Origin: Azolla caroliniana | Taxonomy: Eukaryota; Plantae; Polypodiophyta | NCBI GenBank assembly: GCA_043228905.1 | Contig: JBHGNT010000460.1 | Location: forward strand, 1 to 24,031 | Direction: 5' to 3' | DNA length: 24,031 nt | In this document: positions 1 through 9,400 of the stretch, piece by piece | Layout: each line of letters opens with the position of its first letter | Numbering within the stretch: position 1 is the first letter of the stretch | Made by a program: the position numbers and the translations under genes | The notes under the pieces: model-generated | The model's database searches: none | The model's input: the letters and a program-made list of their open reading frames with translations, nothing else | Told to the model about the DNA's origin: nothing

Positions 1-1151
1 AATCAGTATCTTCACTTGCTTCAGGATCAATAGGTGAGCAGCAATTGGTTAATCACCCCTCACTCAAGACATGATTGATCCTTCATCAAAAGGATAACCT
101 CTGTTTTATTCTCAAAATACACATTCTGTTTTAGCTTATTTGAGGTCAAAGATTACTGGCCGTACTCTTAATGGATTGCTTTTGCAATTTGACATGTCAT
201 TTTCTCCTGTGCAGCTTTTCTTCCCAAAATCTTGTTCAGCTTCCACTAAAGTCACACCAAGGAGATGGTAGGCAGAAGAAGACTTTTGAAACTTTGGAAC
301 CATTTTTCTTGTTTCTGCACCCAGCTTTGTGATAAGTATGCCATCTACTAAACCTTATGCCTGTGAGCCATTCATTCCAGCAACAGAGAGAAATATTGCT
401 TTCCTGATTTACGCCTTGAGAGGCCTTCCGCCAATCAGCTGCAGAAACTGCTCACCTCTGAAAGGTTCCAACAAGATAGGCTATAATAGGGGCTAAATCT
501 ACTGTGAACTGAGCTTCACTAAAGGAAGGAAGATTGCTATAATAAGTGTTACAAAAGTTGGTCTCATATGGATAATGACTAGGAGAAACCCCTAGTGAAT
601 CTGTTCTAGTTGACATATCTGATGAATTGGTGCTTTGATCAATCTCTCATACTGTCATATCCCCCTTATCGGAGATTGTTCATGTCTTGGCTCTGCTACT
701 CAGCTTGATTTCTGACAGTGAGCCTATGTATCTGGTGTTTGTAAGTTTAGATTTCCGTGACTTTTGCTTTCAACACTGTGCTTTGTACCAGAGCAATAAT
801 GCTCATGCTTAATAAGTTCAAAAATAATGGAGAGTGAGGTATGGATAGGCAGAAGAACCATGCTACGAATGAAAGAGACTAAGAGCAAATGTTTAAGAAA
901 AACCAAACGACTATTATAAGCATTAGTGCTCAAGGCCCATAATAGATGGCAAATAAAAATCTGAATCCTCCGTTAACTAATCAGCACGCACTGCTTCAAA
1001 AAAAAATTTGGCTAACCTCTTTACTGGAACACGCATGCATGCATGAGTCTATATTAATATACATATATTGCAAATTAACGTTAGTAGTTGTGTAGCTCAT
1101 TAACATTATCCACTTGCTACCAGTTTGTCACATATAAATACCAAAAAGTAC

Positions 1152-4115
1152 CTGTGTAATGGCTCCAAAGCTGCCAAGTGTAATGTTAGGAATGAAGTAT
1201 GGAATTCCCAGTTTTACTTTCCTTCGAGCAGCAGCAAGAAAATGTCCCACTTCCTGATTGAAGTGATCCGACAGAGCTTAGAAAATGTGAGAATTAGATT
1301 CCTGTGCAGTAAAAAAGTGCAAATTGCATATGGCCCATCGGGAGAATAAATAAGAAAGGAAAAAAAGAAGAAGAGAGAAAGACAGGAGAAAGAGATAAGA
1401 GGTATGAAAACTAGAAATAATAAAGTATCACAACGAGGAGCTATATATTTTCAGAAAAAATGGAACTTGGGGGAAAAGAAGATTATAATGAAGATTAAAA
1501 AGAAAAAGATGCATATGATAGACAAACGAGTAATACAAGCAATTACTACTTCTGCTTATAGACAGGTTGAATATTGAAACAAGAATTCCAAAAAACTCTA
1601 AAGCACTCCTAATTGCATAATAATTAGATGTGATTGTGGTAGTTAAATTCGTCTACTGTTTCTAAGAAAAGTTATGTGAATGCCCCACGTGGAAAATTTG
1701 CACTCCTAGGACTCCATAAGTTAGGGGCATTGCAGACTCCACATACGGAACCAATGTGTTCAAGTCTGGTGGCTCCACAGCATCTGGATTTGTAAAATAT
1801 CTGACTACCTCCGGTGGCAGTTTCGAAAGCTGCAGAACAGATTCATCATTAATGGGAGAAAGAATATCAAGTTTGAACTAGTACTGAAATATTCGTACCT
1901 GTGATGCAATTCCCAGCTCTAGACAGGATCCTGCAGTAATGAAAAATAGTACAAAAGCAATTACAAACTGCCATAAAGTTGTTGACTTTGGCTCAGAAAC
2001 TTCTTTCCGTAAGAGGACAAAACTGACCCGAGGGCCACCTCGTGGATCTAATTCTTCTGAATTTGGTTCTTCCACCATGAAGAGGTTATATTTGGATCCT
2101 GTAACCTCTCTTAACTGACGCTGAAGCTTTGTGAATACTTCCTCCCTTTTGCCTCTTAGATTACCTATAAAAAGAACTCCTGCACCTAGATCCCCAAAAG
2201 GTTCCTGGCCAGTTACCCAGAAAGTACTGTAACCAAAAACTTTTTCCCTTAAGATTTTGACATCATCTGGATCAACTTTCTCTGGACCAAGCAGATCCAA
2301 AAGTTTAAAGGCGTCCATCTGCAGCGTGATAGATTCTGGAACTGGTTTATGACCTGTCTGAACAACAAGAGTTCCACGTTGGGAAAAGAGGAGTAAGTCA
2401 TTATTTCTCAGTCTATATCTCACAGCGAAAATATTAAGACATGCGTTGGCACTATCGGTAGATTCCTGAAACATCCAAATACATGGTAATATGTAACCAT
2501 AAATTCAAAGCATCTAATCTTGCAGTTACAACATATTGGCTATACCTATTGTCTCAATTTCTCTAATAGAATAGTTGAGGATATTCAGAAACTAACATAT
2601 TCCAGAATACTTTTCGGAATACCTGGGTCTCAATTGTAGATGTTATCATAAGCATGCAAAGAACGTTTTGATAAATATTTTGAGACATTAGGCATCAATG
2701 AATTCATCAAATATAGGAGCCTTATAGAATATCTTACAAAATCCAACATTGAACAATTTGCAAAACATAAGCAATGCAATAGTTCTAGGGTTTGATAAGG
2801 AATCTCAACATATCCTCATTTTGATATGGTAGACAGTATCTTTCTCGTATCCAGCCAATCTAGGATGGAACTCCAAAAATAGAATTGACATTAGAGCGTT
2901 GATCTGCATGGAACCCAGTGATCTCAGAGGATGTAATCGGTTTTAACAAGGGAGACTTTAACAAGTGTCTCCCGTGACAAAATAAACATTCCTCAAAGCT
3001 GAGTTTTAGAAAGGAATGAAAAAAAAAGTGCACTATTCATGATATGACATCAATAATCCACAATGATCAACCTTCCTGGATGCAAAATAGAAGGTCCTAT
3101 AACATGATGCATTCAAATGCCCAACTTTATTCCTCATCACAAGAAAATTGCACAAAGTTAGTATTAGATTTGCAGGATATTCTTGTCCACCTCCTTTCCT
3201 ATTACAAAATTTCTATGATGTTTATCATGCTATTTAATTCCCTGGAAAGATTGGTGGCTGTTTAATAATATGCCTGAAGTTTTTTGTAATATATGTTCAA
3301 GGTCCAAATTTCCGGATTCCTTATGCTTCGCTGGATGCTCTTCATACAGCATAGGACATTTTATGTCTCGCTTTGAAGTATATTATTGTTTTTGCCAATT
3401 TTCGGCATCAAGTCCATTCACTACGTAAATGAAGCTTTTCTTCTGATGATGTATTCAAAGGTTTTTGAGGCCATTTTGGTCATTCTAAAGTAAAAGAAAG
3501 TAAACTTTCAGAATCAACTCTATTCATCAGAGGTTTTGAGAGCATTTTAATTAGTCTTGGTTTTAAAAAGAACACAAATTTTCACTGGTCAATCTATTCA
3601 ATAGAAAAATGAAGGCACTTGTTTCTATGAGACACAATTCGGTCATATAACCCAGCACAATCTTCGAGGAGAAGGATACATAAAGAGTCGTACCATACCT
3701 CATTGGGCTGTGACGGGGATGTAGGCTCTGGTTCATTGGTCGCGACTGTGGTCGTCTTTCTATCATTCTCGTCTTCTTCTTCGTCACGATCACCACCTGA
3801 TGGTCCAGAGACATAACACCTAAACCTTCTTCCGCGCAGGTTTCTGGATGAAACCACACTTCCACAGTACTGCATATTTCCTCTGAAGAAGGGCTGGAGT
3901 GGATGAGATTTGTAGGAGAAACAACAAAGGGATCCTCCTCCTCCTCCTCCCATGGCGGCTCTCGCTCTTCCATGTCCTCTTGCGGCATGTCTCCTCCTGC
4001 TGCTTCTTGCAGCTATCTCCAGTTCAGCAGGTTTGGGGAGGGGGGAAGAGGATTGCTGCTGGGGGGGTGGGATGGTGAGGAAAGCCGAAGGAGGAGGGGA
4101 AGACAGAGAGGCCAT
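1152..4115 (-). CDS. EGY1: EGY1-type chloroplast membrane zinc metalloprotease (peptidase M50/S2P family); 5' exons only, gene continues beyond the left edge
   Basis: Spliced exons on minus: 4115-3699 (Ser/Pro/Arg-rich transit-peptide-like, donor GAG|GTATGG); about 2465 or 2357 to 1899 (5' boundary ambiguous; ...MDAFKLLDLLGPEKVDPDDVK...FGYSTFWVTGQEPFGDLG...ELGIASQ); 1829-1689 (LSKLPPEVVRYFTNPDAVEPPD...GVQIFH); 1253-1152 (EVGHFLAA...IPYFIPNITLGSFGAITQ). All are phase-0 GT-AG junctions. The HExxH motif (H|EVGH) is split by an intron. The peptide closely follows Arabidopsis EGY1 as I recall it. No further exon was recognised in 1-1151. Confidence 0.93.
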
Positions 4116-4135
4116 GGCATCGGGCGGCCTAGGCA

Positions 4136-4188
4136 TACACAGAGAGAGAGAGACACACACACACAGACACAGAGACACAGAGACAGAG
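4136..4188. repeat. GA/CA compound microsatellite just upstream of the EGY1 start (TC/TG-rich on the gene strand)
   Basis: acacagagagagagagacacacacacacagacacagagacacagagacagag read directly. Confidence 0.8.
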
Positions 4189-5497
4189 AAGCTTATCGCA
4201 AGGGCGGAGCTCAAGCTGAGCTATTTGTTTGTTTGTTTATTATCTCCGTCGTTCATTTGGAGAACGATGATGGATGGATTTCATTGTTTTTTTGTTTACA
4301 ATTCAATTCATTCAGACTCTTCTTCTTCTTCTTCTTCTCTAAAAACACTCCTCCTCTTTATTATCTCGTTATTGTTTATCATTACTAGTGTCTGCTGAGT
4401 ACATAATACTGTTTATTATTAACATAAATAGTGAGTATATTATTATTATTATCATAACTTCTGAGTTAAGTTGAAGGCATCTGCCTGTTGCCTGGCTTCA
4501 TTTGTCCGTAGTTTAAGATTTTCCATTATTCCATGGGTTCCTTCGGTTCAATCATTCCCCGTCGGCACGGTATTGACCTCATGATACATTGTTACAACCG
4601 GGGGTGGGGGAAGATGTTCAATAGAGGTAAGAGTGTTCCACTTGTTAGAGAAGACTTGGTATGCACATGTGTCGCGAGTGCTTGGCCTCCGGGGCCCTCC
4701 CCTCTTGTGGGATAAGAGCCCTTGCATATACTTCTAGACCTTCAAAATTAGCATTCGATAGCATGACAACTTTTCATTGCACAGTCTAAACGGTCAGGCT
4801 TTTACCATGCAATCAACCTATCGTCATCTGGCTTTCGACTCCATCGGAGATTTGGTTTCCACACGAGACCTTTTTCAAGGATGACAGATATCATTATTAT
4901 TCCCAATAGGTTTAGCCTACAACATGACTTTGTAAAGCATGGGAGTTGAAAATGGCATGCTTTAAATTGTTGTCACTCAAACATTAAACCTATCCCCTAA
5001 ATCATGAGTGGAAGCATGGACAAAAAAGCATAGATAAGTGGTTGGAGTTTAAACCATGTACATAAACTTCATGACTTGGAATTTTAATGGTTTCCTAAGT
5101 CAACACTTGTGGGTTTTAATGAGTCATGATGTGTGTTTAGACATGAACGAGGACACTTTCTAAAAGCATGATTTGAAGAGTTCTGGTTTAATACATCGTG
5201 TAAGTGACATTGGAAATGGTTGCATGTTGTATTGCGTGTAGGTTCAGGCCATTGGTTAACTTATTGAAATTTTAAACTTCTAGGTGTATAATGACTATGG
5301 TTTCTAGCATTTAACAAGGTCCTGGTTCCAACTCCTAAGAAATAATAAAATGGTATGTTCACTATAAACAAGAGCTTCATAAGTCTCGCTTGGGATCATT
5401 GCTACAAATTGTTTACAATAATGGCATTAATAGTTAGAGTGCAATGAAAAAAGGAGTGGAAACCATGGACAAATTTCAGCATATTCCAATTAGATAC

Positions 5498-5752
5498 ATT
5501 GATATTATCTTCAGAAGGAGCAATAGGTAATAAAATGACCATGGATGATTGAAATAGAGCTATAGAGAGCGAGAGAGAGAGAGAGGATCGAGCATTGCGA
5601 TTAACACCCCTAGCAGATATCTCATGTTCGAGCAACATTAACATTGATTGATATTATCTTCAGAAGGAGCAACAGGTAATAAAAATGACCACGGACGATC
5701 GAAAGAGAGAGAGAGAGGGAGAGGGAGAGAGAGAATCTAGCATTGTGATTAA
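5498..5752. repeat. Two diverged ~107-bp direct repeats (5498-5604, 5647-5752), each containing a GA tract
   Basis: Both copies read attgatattatcttcagaaggagcaaYaggtaataaaa(a)tgaccaYggaYgatYgaaa...(GA)n...agcattgYgattaa. Confidence 0.9.
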
Positions 5753-5877
5753 TGATGGGATTGGGTGGTTAGTTCTTCTGATTATAAAATGGTCCCGCTC
5801 GCCATCATGGATTTTCCGGATTTCTATTAGGTTTCCATAAACATCAATTTCTTGGCTCTAATCGAGACCCCGGCCCC

Positions 5878-5945
5878 GGCCCAATATATGTGGTTCATGT
5901 TTGCTAGGGGGACACTTGGGAAGACCAAAGTATGTACATACGTAC

Positions 5946-5976
<31 letters not shown>

Positions 5977-6068
5977 TCAGTATGTATGTATTAGTATGTA
6001 TGTATCAGTATGTATGTATAGTACCACCAAAATATCCTACTTCCTATATGGTCCAAGGATTAAGCCCA
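5878..6068. promoter_or_regulatory. Two site II elements (TGGGCY on minus: GGCCCA 5878-5883, AGCCCA 6063-6068) upstream of MTPC4
   Basis: Exact 6-mer matches. Site II (TCP-bound) motifs are common in plant promoters of genes for mitochondrial proteins. The motifs are short, so chance occurrence is possible. Confidence 0.35.
5930..6020. repeat. (TATG)n tetranucleotide microsatellite, interrupted
   Basis: Runs of gtatgtatgtatg read directly. Confidence 0.9.
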
Positions 6069-6267
6069 CACATAAACAGACAGACAGACAGACAGATAGG
6101 AGAGCCATAGCTCCCCTTGCGAGAGTGAGTGAGTGAGTGAGTTATAGCTATGGCAGACCAATCCACAACTCCCAACAGGAGGACCCTGATCGTCTGTGTA
6201 TACGTCTGTGTATCTGTGAGCGAGCGAGCCAGAGAAGACAGACAGAAGAAAATGATGTTCTGACGTC

Positions 6268-6269
<2 letters not shown>

Positions 6270-6313
<44 letters not shown>

Positions 6314-6370
6314 TCCTCCTCTTTTTCTTTTTCCTTTCTTTTCTTTCCTTTCTTTCTTTCTTCTTCTTCG
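6270..6370 (+). repeat. (CT)n tract plus pyrimidine patch in the probable MTPC4 core promoter/5' UTR
   Basis: About 20 CT units followed by a T/C-only run, ~100-200 nt before the ATG at 6468. Confidence 0.85.
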
Positions 6371-6467
6371 ACATTAGCAGCACAATTGAGCGTTCTTGTT
6401 TCCTGTAACTGCCACAATTCAGTTAGAAGGAGCAATCGCCTCCGACGCTGCAATTGTTGTTGCTGTG

Positions 6468-9400
6468 ATGCGAGTGAGAAGCATGCTTCGTCGATCTTCT
6501 CCCTCAATACTCAGAGAGATTTCTTCTTCATCTTCTTCTTCCCGTTTCCCTGTGGACATCTTGACATTAGAATGTGGTTCATTTTCACTTCACAAGGCTT
6601 TCTTCTCCACAAAGCTTAAGTTCTGTAATTCTCAGAATTTCGCACATTCTCAACAAGAACCCGGACCAACATTGTTTACAGACGATGCTTTTTCATCTCC
6701 TTCTTCAGAGCAGTTCATAGACCATAAGAGATCACAAGGTGAGGATATACTGAAGGTTACCAATGGACATAATGAAGGTTATCAATTGCTATAATGAAGG
6801 TTATCAATGGATATAATGATCCCATCTTTCTCATTACATACATACGTAGTATGCTAATATTCTCAGTGATCATAATTATCTCTCAGTTAGATAGCTTTTT
6901 CTTTTCTGTTTCTCTTTGTCAATATATAAACAGGTAGAGTCCAAATTGTAGAGAAGGTTAATGGCCATTTCAGGTCGCAGAAATTTAATTTCTTGCCAAA
7001 AAGCTCAGCAGTTACAGCAGGAGACGTCTTCTCTCATAGCAGAGGTACTTGGCTTTCCCAAATAACTAAAAGGATTTGTTTTAATTTTCTTCTCTACTTC
7101 TTCTTTTAATGATGCTTAGAACAGAATCCTGAAAGTGAAAGCCATTTCAGGCTAGTGATCATTGATTATTTGTCCCATAAGCTGCTTGTTTGACAATAGT
7201 AACTGATTCTACTTGAATCCAGAAGCCATTTCATCAAACCTAATGAACTGGACCATCAGCAGGGCCCATCTTCTAGTTTTGAGGGTGTGCCTTGCGCTTT
7301 TCTGTCAATTTTTCATTAAAAGTTGAGTTCAATGGAAGAGATCAGAAAAAGGTTCATTATTTGACTATTCTAATTAAATTTCAAAGCTGTAAGTATAAAC
7401 GTTCATGTCATTGTGAATGATGAAGAAAGTTGGAACTTTCATTAAATCACGTTAACAAGATATCTGCCAATATGTATCATAAAAGTGGAGGCCAAACATC
7501 TGTCATATTTGAGTTCAGTATTTTATGCATCATCGATAACTTTACGTAATAGGATTGGCATGTTGATATTTACCAAGCTGTTTCAATTCCAGTTTTATGA
7601 AAATAAAATAGTCAATAGGTTAGAGAGTGCTTTTAAATGATATGCTATCTGTTCTTTGTGTGCCCAAAGGAGAACTTCATACATGCAGTTCGTTATTGAC
7701 ACGACTTTTAGCTCCATGGCAAGTCACCTTTCTTTGATTATTGTCCGAATGGGTTTGGTTGATGTTCTCAAAATGGTTGGCTCAAGCAATAAAAACAATA
7801 GATTTATCTTCTGTCAGGCCCATAAAGCAATCATCTGCACGGTTTCTTAACCATCTTTCCTGGTTTCTTTGCTATTATTCTTGCATGCATTCCTAATATT
7901 AGACTGTCTAATTCCTGGAGGTTTGATCTTTTGTAGCCTACAGTTCAGATGCTATAAATGGAGGTCAAGATAATTTTACTGCTCCTGAAATACAAGACCA
8001 CAGGTAGTTTGCAATCAGAATGTCAGAGATTTCGTTCCCCTCTACATAGTTGTAATATATTCCACCAATTATCACTATCTTGAATTTGCACACCAGTAAT
8101 TGTGATAAGCCATTATTTGATTTATCTTGCTGTTGCTTGTCGATGAATGTTATTTTACTTCCCTATAACTTGAATCATGATACATTCTGATCGAGTTGAA
8201 GTTGTGGCAATAGCAGCACACATACCATGCTTTTAATTTAGTGCATTATAGGCAGAACAGTATAATTTAACCTGTTGTTTTAATTATATATATTTGAAGC
8301 TTCATTTGATTTTGTCTGATGTAAAAATGTTGTTATCCAGTCAAAAAGCTGTCATTATTGCACTGTGTTGCAACTTTGTTGTCTTCTCCTTGAAGTGTGG
8401 TGTGTGGGTAATGACCACAAGCCATGTAATGCTTGCGGAAGCTGTCCACTCTCTAGCTGATCTTGCCAATCAGGTAAGCAAACTGCACAAGAGGTCTCAG
8501 AAATATAAAATGACACACTAGAATTTGTTTAAAATTTCATAAAATGTCATAAAATTTCGATATTTGTTGAAGTACTTATGACAAGTTAATAAATAGAAAC
8601 TAGGCAATCATTTTACATCTTACATAACTAACCTATTCAGAATGAATTCAAGTTCACAATTTGATTTCGCCATGCAGGCCTTACTGGCATATGGTCTTAT
8701 CAGTTCCAGGAGAGCACCTGATGATTTGCATCCGTGTGTAAATAGTCTGTTTTAAAACATTTATAATTATAAAAGTAGGAAATGCTATATGTTACATTTT
8801 TATTCCTATGGCGTTTTGTAATAAGGTATTATGATTTGTGAAAATTGTTTGTCTGAAAAGAACTTCTGCTGAATTGGCTGCTTCTTTTCAGGTATGGCTA
8901 TTCAAAGGAGAGGTTTGTTTGGTCACTTATATCAGCTGTTGGTATATTTTGTTTAGGTTCTGGGGCAACAATTGTTGATGGAGTTTCAAACCTATGGAAA
9001 GCAGAGGTTTTGATTCTGTTCTAGGTTTTTGATGACGAATTTTAGCTTTAACGTGTTCCCATATGGTTTCTGTAATATATTGCTTTGGCAGGCTCCAGAT
9101 AATGTATCTATCGCAGCTATGGTTCTTGCTGGTTCCATGATAATGGAAGGTAGACATATTTTTTTATGGAAAATCAAGTTAAAAATTTGTACATTGTGTT
9201 TGACCATTGATGCTCATTATTGCACGATTTCAGGTGTTTCTTTACTTGTTGCCCTAAATGCTGTGCGTAAAGGTGCAGCTGCGGAAGGTATGACCATGTG
9301 GGATTACTGCTGGCGTGGTCATGATCCAACTGCTGTTGCTGTTATGATGGAGGTAGGAGGGGGAAAGTGGAGATACTTGGCCGTAATTTCTATGGAGCTA

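Noticed and set aside
195-810. Plus-strand splice-like signals and a mostly open plus frame inside the EGY1 intron
   Set aside because: Internal stops and no recognisable protein; I cannot distinguish it from chance without a homology search.
3563-4398. Overlapping ORFs of 141-161 aa on both strands
   Set aside because: Alternative-frame and antisense shadows of GC-rich EGY1 exon 1 plus microsatellites.
4530-4735. GC-richer island with an ATCCCACAAG USE-like word; considered as an snRNA gene or SINE
   Set aside because: No correctly spaced TATA, no A/B boxes and no recognisable RNA.
6252-6263. Minimal uORF ATG ATG TTC TGA before MTPC4
   Set aside because: It may lie upstream of the TSS (before the CT tract), and there is no evidence it is transcribed.
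5852-6619. Low-complexity ORFs (MYVCMY..., ERERER..., SLSLSL...)
   Set aside because: Translations of TATG and CT/GA microsatellites.
6751-6819. Short repeats considered as CRISPR-like
   Set aside because: Head-to-tail tandem units with no spacers, in a eukaryotic intron, with no cas genes.
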